Below, piece by piece: positions 34,101 through 47,789 of a stretch of DNA of 64,000 nt. The notes under the pieces are model-generated. The model ran no database searches. It had not been told where the DNA came from and saw only the letters and a program-made list of their open reading frames with translations. How positions within the stretch are numbered: position 1 is the stretch's first letter; each line of letters opens with the position of its first letter. The stretch lies in assembly GCF_009914755.1 (NCBI RefSeq), contig NC_060946.1; one strand, given 5' to 3'. The translations under genes and the position numbers were made by a program. The stretch is from the human T2T-CHM13v2.0 reference genome, Homo sapiens.

Positions 34101-34807
34101 GCTACAGAAAACTCTAACTCTATCTAGGTTCCTCAAAAACCTAAAAATAGAACCACCATATGATCTAACAATTCCACCACTGGGTTTATATCCAAAAGAA
34201 AGCAAATCAGTGTATTAAAGGGATAGCTGTACTCCCGTGTTTATTGAAGCACTATTCACAATAACCAAAATATGAACTCAACCTTAGTGCCCCTCAATGG
34301 ATGAATGGAGAAAGAAAAATATGGTATATATACAAAATGGAATATTGTTTAGCCACGAAACAGAATGAAATCCTGTCATTTGCAGCAACATGCTGGAGGT
34401 CATTATGTTAAGTGAAATAAGCCAAAGACAGAGAAACAAATACTGCGTGTTCTCATTCATATGTGTGAGCTGAAAAAGTGAATCTGTTGAAGATAGTAGA
34501 TTGGTGATTACCAGAGCCTGGGAAAGGTGGAAGTGGATGAGGGAATGAAGAGAGGTTGATCAATGGGTACAAATATGCAGTTAGATAGAAGAATTAGATA
34601 GAAGCAGTAGGATGACTATAGTTAACAACCTGTTGTACAGTTCAAAATAGGTAGAATAATTTGAATGTTCCTAGCATAGGGATAAGATAAATATTCGAGA
34701 TGATGGATATCCCAATTACCTTTATTTAATCTTTACCCATTATATGAATATATGAAAATATCTCATGTATTTCTAAAATATGTACATCTATATTATGTAT
34801 TAATTTT
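31185..34807 (+). mobile_element. L1MA (MA2-4-like), 5' truncated in the ORF2 endonuclease region
   Basis: Translation 'APNTRAFKNIKQTLIDLKGKIDRNTMIVGDFN' (L1 EN), RT motif 'tttgcagatgacatgat', L1MA 3' UTR; TSD-like aagattaaagtcta/aagattatcta. Confidence 0.9.
33002..33660 (+). mobile_element. Younger L1PA/PB 3' fragment with 5' inversion, nested in L1MA
   Basis: 33002-33417 antisense, 33418-33660 sense; the two parts are contiguous in L1 coordinates ('gaggccattatcct|aagtgaactaac'). Confidence 0.85.
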
Positions 34808-35176
34808 AAGATTATCTAGGACTTCCTGATCTACATCACATCCAGATATAGAAGAGCCTTCTTAGGTATGGTTCTTTGAATGTGGGTATCAGTAATCTGG
34901 AGACCTTAACCTAAAAGAAACATCTGACCCCCACACACCCAACAGACTATGGTAAGACAGGAAAAGACAACCATAAAAGTGAAAATGATGGGAGGCTTGT
35001 AGTAGTTGCGGTCCATAGCAATTCTGAAATCTCGCCAGACAAATATTGCTCTGTCTTGTACTCTGGAGATAGGAAATTTTTCTTGATCAAGACCCAGTTT
35101 AATTCTTTGAGAGAGACTCCAAGTCTGTTGGTTTCAATGGTCTATTATCTTGATTTTTGATCCTACCTCTTGAGAC

Positions 35177-35467
35177 TTTTTTTTTTTGAGACAGAATCTC
35201 ACTCTGTTGCCCAGGCTGGAGCGTAGTGGTGTGATCTCAGCTCACTGCAACCTCTGCCTCCTGGTTCAAGCGATTCTCATGCCTCAGCCTCCCAATTAGT
35301 TGGGACCACAGGCACACACCACCACACTTGGCTAATTTTTGTATTTAAGTAGAGACAGTGTTTTGCCATCTTGGCCAGGCTGGTCTCGAACTCCTGATGT
35401 CAAGCAATCTGCTTGCCTTGGCCTCCCAAAGTGCTGAGATTACAGACATGTGCCACTGCACCCAGCC
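35177..35467 (-). mobile_element. AluS
   Basis: Full antisense dimer within the MLT internal region. Confidence 0.95.
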
Positions 35468-36580
35468 CATCCTTTTTTTGTTGGAAAGGACACATATTGG
35501 TAGTTGACTAGCTTTTTTTGCCCATTTGTGCCTATATAAAGGCACATATCACTCTCATCCAGTTAAAACTGATGAGTGTTTTATTGGTACAAGTCCCTTA
35601 ACACTTTGTGGGTTTGTGTATCCCATTATAAGTATACCCTACTCCACGTAAGCCTGTCTCTACTCTGGGAAAATCACCCTAAAGTTCTTATATACCCTTT
35701 TCTCTAGCCAACAATTCTGATAGGCAGCTCATTAAATCTTTCAGAGGCCTTCACAAAGTGTCTTAGAGTCACGTCCTTGATTTCTTTTGCTGGTGGTCAT
35801 TGCTTGCTATGAGAATCTTTGACTGGCTCAAAAACCTGGAATTGAACAACAGACTTATGTTACCATCCACCAAATCCTGACTCTATTTCTTCTAAATTCT
35901 GCTTACAACTGAACAATTCTTCCTTCACCTACTCTTTCTTTTCCTGTATCTAATCATAGGCACCTAAATAAGCCAGTCAACTCTTTCCTCATACATGGAA
36001 ATAATTTTGCCAGTGTCTAAAAGTTTAAGTACCTTTGCTATCACCCCAGTTGCTGAAGATGGCAGCATTGCTAATTGTTCCATCCTGTATATCACATGTC
36101 AATACATTTTCATATTTCCATTGCTGTTTTCTCACTACTTTCCCATTTCTGCTAACAGCTTGCTCACCATTTGTCTAGTCCTCATAACATTTTCCTTGCC
36201 TCTTTTCAAAGCTCCATCAGCTGGTCCCAAAGACAATGCACATGTTTTAGATTTTGGTTGTGGTAGCACCCCAATTTTAGGTAGCAGTTTCTGTACCAGT
36301 TAGATTTTGCTGTGTAATGATCCACTGCAAAATATACTGGCGTTCATTCTGCTCCTCATTCTGTGATCAGCGTGTTCCTCTGGTTTGAGTCAGCTTGGCT
36401 GACCTCTGCTGGGCTTGCACATGAATCTGCTGTCATCTGGCAGACCAACCAGTGACTGAATAGTCATGACCTCACTCATACACCTGGCAGTTGGCAGACT
36501 GTCAGTTGAGGCAACTGTGTCTCTCATCCAGCAAGCTAGACCAGGCTTCGTCACATGATAGTAGAGTTTTTAAAATAGAC

Positions 36581-39021
36581 ATGGGAAGTCCTAGCCAGGG
36601 CAGCCAAGCAAGAGAAGGAAATAAAAGGCATCCAAATAGGAAAACAAGAAGTTTAGCCATCTCTCTTCACTGATGATATGATTTGTATCATCATATCATC
36701 ATATTTAGAAAACCCCAAAGATGCCACCAAAAGGCTCTTAGAGCTGATAAACAACTTCAGCAATGTTACAGAATACAAAATTAATATATAAAATTAGCAG
36801 CATTTATATACACCAATAATGTTTGAGAGCCAAATCAAGAACAGAATCATATTTACAATAGTCACAAAAAGAGTAAAATACTTAGGAATACTGCTAATCA
36901 AGAGATGAATGGTCTCTATTAGGAGAATTGCAAAACCACTTCTGAAAGAAATCAGAGATGACATAAATAAATGGAAAAAATCTTGTGCTCATGGATTGGA
37001 AGAATCAACATCATTAAAATGGCCATAATGCCCAAAGAAATATACAGATTCAGTGCTATGCCTATCAGACTACCAACACCATTTTTCACAGAATTAGAAA
37101 AAAAACTATTCTAAAATTCATATGGAACCAAACAAGAGCCTGGATAGCCAAAGCAATCCTAAGCAAAAAGAACAAAACTGTAGGCATCACATTATCTGAC
37201 TCCAAACTATACTGCAAGGGTACAGTAACCAAAACAGCATGGTACTGGTACAAAAACAGACACATAGACCAGTGGAACAGAATAGAGAATCCAGAAATAA
37301 AGCCACATGTGTACAACCATCTTATCTTCAACAAAGTCAACAAAAAGAAGCAATGGGAAAGGACTCCCTATTCAATAAACAGTGCCAGGATAGCTGGTAA
37401 GCTATATGCAGAAAAATGAAACTGGACTTCTGTCTTGCACCATATACAAAAATTAACTCCAGATGGATTAAAGATTTAAATGTAAGAGTTGGAACTATAA
37501 GAATCCTAGAAGAAAACCATAAAAACCATTCTGGATATTGGCCTTGGGAAATAATTTATGACTAAGTCCTCAAAAGCAATTGCAACAAAAACTAAAATTG
37601 ACAAGTGAGACCTAAAAAGAGCTTCTACACAGTGAAAACCAAAAACAAAATCTATCAACACAGTAAACGGACACCCTACAGAATGGGAGAAGATATTTGC
37701 AAGCTATGCATCTGACAAAGATTCTAACATCCAGAGTCCATAAGTAACTTAAACAACTTAAGCAAAAAATAACCCCATTAAAAAATGGACAAAGGACATG
37801 ATCAGACATTTTTCAAAAGAAGACACAAGTGGCCAACAAACATGAAAAAATGCGCACCATCATTGTGTTAGTCAATTTTGCATGAATATAAAGGAGACAG
37901 GGTAATTTATAAGGAAAATGTTTATTTTGGTTCACAGTTCTGCAGACTGTACAGGCTTGGCACCAGTATCTGCTTGGCTTCTGGTGGGGGCCTCAGGAAG
38001 TTCACAACCATGATAGAAGGCAAAAAGGGGGCATGTGTATCACACGACGAGAGTAAGAGGAGGAGGGAAGAGGTGCCAGTCTCTTCTTAAATAAGCAGAT
38101 TTCACATGAACTCAGAGTGAGAAGTCACTCATAACCAAGAGGACAGCACCAAGCCATTCATGAGGGATCTGGCCTCATGACCCAAACACCACCTGCTAGG
38201 CCCCACCTCCAGCATCGGAGATCACATTTCAACATGAGATTTGGAAGAGACACACATCCAAACTATATCACTAATCCTCAGAGAAATGCAAATCAAAACC
38301 ACAATGAGATACAATCTCACACCAGTTAGACTGGCTTTTGTTAAAAAAATGAAAAAATAAAAAACAGATGTTGGATAGGATGTGGAGAAAAGGGAACAGT
38401 TAAACACGGTTGGTGGAAATGTAAATTAGTTCAGCCACTTTGGAGAGCAGTTTGGAGATTCTCAAAGAGCTGAGAGTTAAATACCATTGACTCAGCAATC
38501 CCACTACTGGGTGTATACCCAAAGGAAAACAATTTGTTCTACCAAAAAGGACATATGCACCCGTATGTTCATTGCAGTGTTATTCAAAATAGCAAAACCA
38601 TGGAATCACTCAGGTGCCCATCAATGGTGGACTGTATAAAGACAATGTGCTGTAAATACACTGTGGAATACTATGTAGCCATTAAAAAGAAAAAACTACG
38701 TTCTTTGCAGCAACATGGATGCAGCTGGAAACCATTATCCCAAGAAAACAAATGCAGAAACAGAAAACAAAATACTGGATGTTCTCACTTATATGTGGGA
38801 GCTAAACATTGAGTACACATGGTCATAAAAATGGAAACAATAGACATGGGAGTGCAAGAGAGGAGGGGGAAGAAGAGAAGTAAGGGTTGAAAAAAACTAC
38901 TGGGTACTACCTGAGTGATGGATTCATTCATACTCCAAACCTCGGTATCATGCAATATACCTTTGTAACCTGCACATGTATCCTCTGATTTTAAAATAAA
39001 AGTTGAAAAAAGCAACAAAAA
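36581..39021 (+). mobile_element. L1PA/L1PB (old), 5' truncated, inserted in the MLT1H LTR
   Basis: ORF2 3' half and 3' UTR ending 'aacctgcacatgtatcctctgattttaaaataaaagttgaaaaaa'; TSD-like aaaatagac/aaaatagag. Confidence 0.9.
37864..38270 (-). mobile_element. MSTA/B solo LTR inside L1
   Basis: 'tgtgttagtc...acatttcaacatgagatttgg...atccaaactatatca'. Confidence 0.9.
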
Positions 39022-40868
39022 ATAGAGCAAGCCGCAATGCATAAGCACTTTTTAAGTCTCTGTTTGCATTGCCTTTTCTGCTGTCCCGTCAGTTAATGAA
39101 GCTATATGGGCAAGTTCAGAGTCAGTGGGGTAGGGAGCTATGCGGGGGCTATGCAAGGGTGTGATTAAGGGGAGGGAAACTATGGTGGCCAGTTTTGCAA
39201 ACAGTCTACCACAGACATTAAAATAGAAGAGAGTGGAAGGGTTTATTTGAAATCTATCCAAAAGATATTGTCACTTTCAGAAATTCATCTCAGTTCCTAA
39301 ATGGTGGCAAAAAACTTGAAGACAACGAGAGCTTTGAAATCTTGTTCCATTGGCTGAGCAGATGGTACTTTTGGGAGACAAGATAAAGTGATAGAACGTT
39401 GAGATTTAGCCTTAAATTTCTCACTGACTTTTGGATCCAAAACATTTGAGTCAATGCTCCATTCGGGACACCCTAAGGAATGACTAGCCTGGAGAGTTAC
39501 TTTCTCTTATGCCAATACACACAAGTCAATTTTACTTTATGCAGAATATTTGAGAGTTACAATGACTTGACTGAAGTATCTAATCTGTCCACCTGGGAAG
39601 CACTTCCAGCAGGGACAGTGGAGAAAGAGGACATGTGTTTGCAGTGAAGGCAGTAAAGCAACCTCTTGGTAGCCAGAGCTAGATTTGGGAATACACTTGT
39701 TTATTGGTACAATGTTAGAATTGGTGGTATAATGTAAATGAAATTGAAACTGGCACTCTACTTCAAATATAATGGAAACTTAATAGATTTTGGAGGTGAT
39801 GAAGGTACTACTCTGGATCTCACAAATAATTACAAGCATGATTCCTTTAGGTAAATATATTTTCTGTTCCAAATAAATAAATGGCTTGAAAAATAACTTT
39901 TAGGTGGAATAGTGTCCTAAATTGGTAGAAGTCTGTCCTTAAGTGTTCCTGTCTTAAGGAATGGGATATTCTTCCTCTCCTAAACAATGGAATGCTAATT
40001 ATTTCTCTTCCAAATTGTTTCATGCCCCATTGTTCCCCTCTCAAGCTATGGAACATTCAGTCAGTCCTCTTCCAAACAATGAAGTACACTACTCAATTGT
40101 TCCTCTCCAAAGCAATAAACCATTCAATTATTCAGGTGAATATCATTGAAAAATTTCCATTTCTTGCAGTATAAATTAAAGCTTTACCAGGACAATGTTT
40201 TGGGCTCAGCTTGCTGAGATGGATTCAGGCAGACTCATTCTTATTATCATGATTCTTTGGGATAATTGTGACACTTTTGGAATAAGACGTTTTATTGTTG
40301 TCTGACCCCCGCCACCTCAGATGATTTACTGGATCTTTACATTCTCTTATCATGCAAACTTGACAAGAATAGTCTGTCATTTAACATATGAGTTTGTGGA
40401 TACCATTAGGTATATGGCATAGCCAAGGTAAAACCAAACAAAATACTTTTTGTATCTAATATGTATTAATTGAATCCCTGCTGCAGACCTGAGTGAGTAC
40501 CATCCCCGCTCTCAGGAAACTCATAGTTTTAGTTGTGTAGGAAGACACATCAAGAGAACTGATTGGGTAGTTGCTAACTGCCTTTGCAACTCAGGATGGG
40601 GAGCTCCTCTCAACCTGGAGAATTGGGGAAGGCTGCACAAAGATAGGAAATCCAGTTGGGCCTTGAAAAATAGAAAGTATTTTGACAAAGGTGGAATAGG
40701 GAGAATAACTCTAGGCAGTGATAAAAGCACGAGCTGTGAAAGGTTCACAGCATCCATGGCAGGAAAGTCAGGCAAGAAAGTCTCCTTGAAGTTCTAGTCT
40801 CCTTGTCTCTGGTGCTTCTCAGAATTCCTCTGAGTACAGGACGTGAAATGAATGTTCTGAGAACTGCC

Positions 40869-40917
40869 TTTATTAGAGGGACCCCTGATCTGTTTTATTA
40901 GAGGGACCCCTGATCTG
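40869..40917. repeat. Tandem duplication, 25-bp period
   Basis: tttattagagggacccctgatctg occurs twice, separated by one t. Confidence 0.95.
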
Positions 40918-41198
40918 GGCACATGGGTGAAGTTTGAGGGAATATAAACAGTACATGGAGAGGGCATGTGGTTGGTGTCTTTTTCTGGAAAAAGAAAGAC
41001 ATTCTAGTTATTGAGGACATATAAACAGGATATTGGGCCAGAAAAGCTCCCTTAAACTCCTAAAAAGTATGATTAGGGGTGGTGCTTATAAAAATAACAC
41101 ACATTCTTGCTCAAAGGAGAAAAAATCAGAAATATATCAAGACAAACATCACTTATAATCTCATCACCCAAAACTAACCAGGATAACATTTTGTTTCA

Positions 41199-41565
<367 letters not shown>

Positions 41566-41796
41566 TATATTCGAAGCAAAATTAGATTTTTACCGACACT
41601 GCATGATCTGAAAATGTATTCTGCATTTCTGTTTAACCTTCTCTTGTATTTTTACATGTTAATATTTGAAAGTATATTGCATCTTATTTGTCATGTATCA
41701 CTCACATGCTTACTGTGTGCCAGCTACTATTTTAATGGCTTGCATATATTAACTCATTTATTTCTTACAGAGACTCTATGAGGCAGTTATGTTTTC

Positions 41797-42340
41797 CATT
41801 TTTTATTGTGGTAAAATATGCATAACCTAAAATTTACCATTTAACTATTTTTTGAGTGTACAATACGGTGGCATTAAGTACAGTTACAGTGTTGTGCAAC
41901 AGTCACCACCGTACATCTCCAGAAGTTCTTCATCTTGAACTGCAACTCTGTACCCATTAAACAAGTCCCCATTTCCTGTCCCCCCAGCCCCTGGAAACTG
42001 CCAATCTACTCTCTGCCTCTATGAATTTGGCTCTTGGTGCCTCATGAAATGGAATTATACAATGTTTGTGACTGGCTTATTTTACTTAGCATAATGTCCT
42101 CAGGGCTCATCCATGTTGTAACATGTGGAATTTCTTCCCTTTTCAAGGCTGAATAATATTGCATTGTATAAATCATATTTTGTTTATCCTTGGACACTTG
42201 GGTTACTTCAACCTTTTGGCTATTGTGAATAATGCTGCTATGAAGATGGGTGTACAAATATCTGTTTGAGTTCTTGCTTTCAGAAATGTGCCGAACCATA
42301 TGGTAATTTTATGTTAATATTTTTAGGAATCACCATATTG
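41797..42340 (-). mobile_element. L1MB 3' end, inserted in a MIR (41700-42480)
   Basis: 'tttattgtggtaaaatatgcataacctaaaatttaccatt...ggcattaagtacagttacagtgttgtgcaac'. Confidence 0.9.
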
Positions 42341-42673
42341 TGAGGTAGGTTGTGTTGTTATTTCCATTTTACATATAAGGAAACTGAGGCAGAGAGCGAT
42401 TAAGTGATTTCCTTAATCTCTTAAAGATTAAGAGTTGTGCAGCCCACAATTGGCAGAACTGGGATTTGAACTCATCACTTTTACCAAATATCAGGGCTCT
42501 TGGAATCTGTAACATATTGAAAATATTAAAGTATGTGTAGTCCCTTTTCTACTGTGTTGAACATTTAAGTTTCAGTTGGCTTTTCTACATGAACAACAGC
42601 ACTGCTTCAAACAGTGTTGTATATGTATGTGCATTTTTAATTATTTCATTAGGAGAAATCTTTAAAAATAGAA

Positions 42674-43778
<1,105 letters not shown>

Positions 43779-44294
43779 AAAGGGGCACGAGTATCTTAAA
43801 GACCTTGATATGGACAATACTGTGATGTTATCCTCCAAGATAGTTTTACTAATTAATCTTCTGCCAGCTGTAAATGGGAACACTTATTTTTCTGCACTCT
43901 CATTAACAATGAATATTTGATATTTAAGTATATGATTGACAGTTTGCTGTATTAGCATAATTTTAATTTTTGTCTTTTCAAATTATCTTTACTAATTGTT
44001 AATGAAGCAAAACATTTTCTTTGCAGTTGTTGGGCAAATGTAATGATCCTGAGTGTTGATGATCTTATTTTCCTTTAATTTTCTAAACGGCTTTTGAACT
44101 TTTGGCAGGGATCTGTGTGTAGTGACACCTTTGTCAGTAGATGACAATGTAAAAATAAAAGGCAAAGTCTGGCGATAAGTCTCTTTAGGATGAACTCATA
44201 TGAACTTCATGATGAAGTTCTGTCACTAGTTGGGAAATTGTACTTAGTAGACTGATGTGTTAAATGAGTCAGTTGCGGTTTGGCATTTTCTGGA

Positions 44295-45010
44295 CCAGTG
44301 CAACTCAAGGTGTGGTCTATGGATCAGGACCAGCTGAGAGCTTGTTAGAAATGCAAATTCAACTGAAAAAGAATATCTAAGTGGGTGGAGTCCAGGACTG
44401 GGTCTGGGTTTCAGCAAACTTTTGCTGCATGGTATTATCAAATACTACTTAGCAAAAAAAAGAACAAACTCCTGGCATATGCTGTGTCATGAATGAACTT
44501 CAAAAACATTACTAAGTGAAATGAAAACATCACTAAGTGAAAGAAGCCAGGCATGAGACCACATGTTATATGATTCCATTTGTATGCAATGTCCAGAAAA
44601 GGCAAATTTATAAAGACAGAACATAGATTAGTGGTTTCCCGGGGCTAGAGGCGGGAATGAGAATTCACTGTAAATGGGCAGGAGGGATCTTACTGGGGGG
44701 ATGAAAATATTCTGAAACTGATTTATAGGGCGAGTGCAAAGGCTTGGGCCTGTAATCCCAGCCCTTTGAGAGGCTGAGGTGGGAGGAGCATTTGAGCCCA
44801 GGAGTTCGAGACCAACCTGGGCAACATAGTGAGAGGCTGTTGCTACAAAATATAAAAATAAAATGATTTATGGTGCCACTCAGTACATTTACTAAAAGTC
44901 ATTGAATTTTAAGTACACACTTGAAATTGGTGAATTCTGTGATATGTATACTCTATCTCATTAAAAAAAAATGAGCTCTCCAAGTGATTCTGATTCTTAT
45001 GCTCATTGAC
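44295..45010. mobile_element. MER5A interrupted by an L1MB 3' fragment (about 44420-44972, +)
   Basis: 'gagcttgttagaaatgcaaatt' resumes as 'ctctccaagtgattctgat'; L1MB 'tatgattccatttgtatgcaatgtccagaaaaggcaaat'. Confidence 0.7.
44728..44863 (+). mobile_element. FLAM_C / Alu left monomer
   Basis: 'tgagcccaggagttcgagaccaacctgggcaacatagtgaga'. Confidence 0.8.
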
Positions 45011-45244
45011 CTTGACACAGCACTTCCCAAACCTGACTGAAGATAAGCACCACCTGGAGTGCTTGGTTAAAAAAACAATCCATGAATCCTGGACCCCAGT
45101 CGAAAACTACCCTATTGTAATGTCCATTGGATGGCCATAGCAATTCTTGTTATTCGTAGGGTATTATTTGGAAATCAGTGAAGAAAACTTAAAGCAGTTG
45201 TTTTCTCCTTTGCCATACAGTGTGACCCTAGGAAGCTTTAAATG

Positions 45245-45460
45245 TTTAACAATAAGATATTCTATATTACAAAATAGCTAGAAGAGAGGCTTTTGAATGT
45301 TCTCACCACAAAGAAATAATAAATGCACTGGGCGATGGATACACCAACTACCTTGACTAGATCATTATCCAAAATAGATAAGTCTCAAAACATCAAATTG
45401 TACTGCAATAATATGTACAATTATATCAATGAAACAATTAATTTTAAAATTTAAAAAGTA
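45245..45460 (+). mobile_element. L1MA 3' end fragment
   Basis: 'caaaatagctagaagagaggcttttgaatgttctcaccacaaagaaataataaatg'. Confidence 0.85.
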
Positions 45461-45639
45461 CAGATGTCCACAGAAGTTTTCATTTAATTGTTTGGGGCAT
45501 GGGGAGTTTTCAACAGTGCCCAGAAAATTCTAACATGCAGCCAAGGTAAGGACTGTGGCCAATGGTCATTACTGCCTAATGTTTTCAGCTCTTGTGTCTG
45601 CCAACCCTCAGGGCATGCAGCAAATCCTTATGGCCTAGA

Positions 45640-45930
45640 ACGGAATTTGTTAGAATTTCAGCCATTACATCCATGTAAGGAAAAGAAGTCAAAAACTGGA
45701 TGTAATCTTTTATTTTCAAGGCAAGTTCCTAGAAATCTCTCTACTCTATATTCTCCATCACATCTTTGGGCAGAACTTAGTCACATGGCCATTTCTTTCT
45801 GCAAGGGAGGCTAGGAAATGTAATCATTTAGTTGGGTAGCTTCAAGCCCAGCTAAAAATTTAGTGTTCTGTTACTAAGGGAGAAGACAAGGATGGATATT
45901 TAAAGACAAGTAGAAGACTTGGTGACACTG
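45640..45930 (-). mobile_element. MLT1 (J/K-like) LTR fragment
   Basis: 'cagaacttagtcacatggcc...tgcaagggaggctaggaaatgta'. Confidence 0.65.
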
Positions 45931-45980
45931 ATACATTACCAGTTATTTATTTTTATCTTTTCAGATGAGAAAACCAAGGT

Positions 45981-46167
45981 TAGGGGTTGCTAGATAAAAC
46001 AGAAGCTGCCCAGTTAAATTTAAATTGCAGAGGAACAATTTTTTTTAGTATAATTACATTCCAGATATTATATGGAACATACTTATGCTAAAAATTCATT
46101 GTTTATCTGAAATTCAAATTTAACTCATCTTCCTGTATTTGTATTTTGCTAACTCTGGCAACCCTTA
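45981..46167. mobile_element. MER53 palindromic MITE inside a MIR
   Basis: TIRs 'tagg(g)gttgctagat' / 'tctggcaaccctta'; internal palindrome 'cagttaaattt...aaatttaact'. Confidence 0.85.
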
Positions 46168-46389
46168 AAGTTAGGTTGAGAGAATCACTTTCTCAAGGAT
46201 ACTTTTTAATTGCAAAGACTGACTTGAACCCGGGTCTGCTTGACTCTGAAAATCACATTCTTAGCTACTATGCTATAAATAATATTTATCTACCCTTTAT
46301 AGTCTTCAATTTACGTTCAGCTTCCTTATGTCTTTGTTTTGAGGTCCTCCTCTCTGAGATAGAGCCACCTTCTATAAATGGGAAACCAA

Positions 46390-46610
46390 GGCCCAGAGGA
46401 CCTGGGATGATTCCAGCTCTTTGACTTATTAGCCACGTGACCCTCAACAAACAATTTAACTTCTTCGTGTTGAAATTTCCTCATCTGCAAAAATGGGTAA
46501 AATGGTAATGATGATAGTTCTTACTTTATAGAGTTGTGAGGATTAAATGAGCGTGCATATAAAGCTTTTAGTATAAGGCTTGGCAGAGAGTAAACCTTCA
46601 ATAAATGTTA
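46390..46610 (+). mobile_element. MIR
   Basis: 'tttcctcatctgcaaaaatggg...gagttgtgaggattaaatga'. Confidence 0.8.
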
Positions 46611-47006
46611 GGAGAGTGGATTTTGTTTTTCCTTGTCCTGCTGTGGCAGATGTCTGCTTTAATCCAGATCTTCTGACTGCAAGACCACTGTGGTGTTGCA
46701 ATAGTTACGTAGGTACACGTCTGATTATAGATACTCCTAAGAAGAGCAAGAATTCAGTGACTGTGTAAATTGTTGCAGCAAGTGATGTTTAATTCTTCTT
46801 CCAAGCTTAGATTCCTAGGACAATCTGTTACATCATTTGGCGGATGTGTCTTTGTTTCTTTGTCCTGGTGTGTGCAGTCACTCTTCCTTTCTCCTTGATC
46901 AGTCTTCCCAGAGGTTTGTTGAATTTATTAAAGACAGAGCATAGTCTTTTAAAATAGTTAGCTTTTGATTTTATTACTCATGTTTATCATTTCTTTTACC
47001 TATTTC

Positions 47007-47308
47007 TTTTTTTTTTTTTTTTCTTTTTGAGGCAGAGTCTTACTCTGTTGCTCAGGCTGGAGTGCAGTGACAAAATCTTGGCTCACTGCAACCTCCACCT
47101 CGCGGATTCAAGCAATTCTCCTGCCTCAGCCTCCTGAGTAGCTGGGATTACAGGCACCCACCACCACACCTGGTTAATCTTTGTGTTTTTAGTAGAGATG
47201 GGGTTTCACCATGTTGATCAGGCAGGTCTCAAACACCTGACCTCATGGTCCACCCTCCTCGGCCTCCCAAAGTGCTAGGATTACAGGCATGAGCCACCGC
47301 GCCCGGCC
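47007..47308 (-). mobile_element. AluS (Sg-like)
   Basis: Full antisense dimer; TSD ttttacctatttcttt/ttttcctatttcttt. Confidence 0.95.
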
Positions 47309-47429
47309 CTTTTTCCTATTTCTTTAATCTCTGATGTTTTATCTGTTGTTTGATCCTTTCTAAGATTTTTACTGTAAATTCTTGTGCTTAAACTTCAGTT
47401 TACTAATTTTTTAATATTTCTCCTTTTAA

Positions 47430-47718
<289 letters not shown>

Positions 47719-47789
47719 CTATACCTCCTTTGTCTTAGGCTTGTCTTTTTTCCCCCAAACACGTAATCTCTTTTTCTCTACTTGCTGTC

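Larger units (their letters stand above)
30725..39213 (-). mobile_element. MLT1H-like MaLR provirus (3' LTR 30725-31075; internal 31076-31184 and 34808-36291; 5' LTR 36292-36580 and 39022-39213)
   Basis: PPT/LTR junction at 31075; LTR/internal junction 'ggtagcagtttc|tgtaccagttag' at 36292; MLT-int motif 'cccccacacacccaacagactatgg'; LTR start rc 'tgtggtagactgtttgcaaaactggccac'. Confidence 0.75.
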
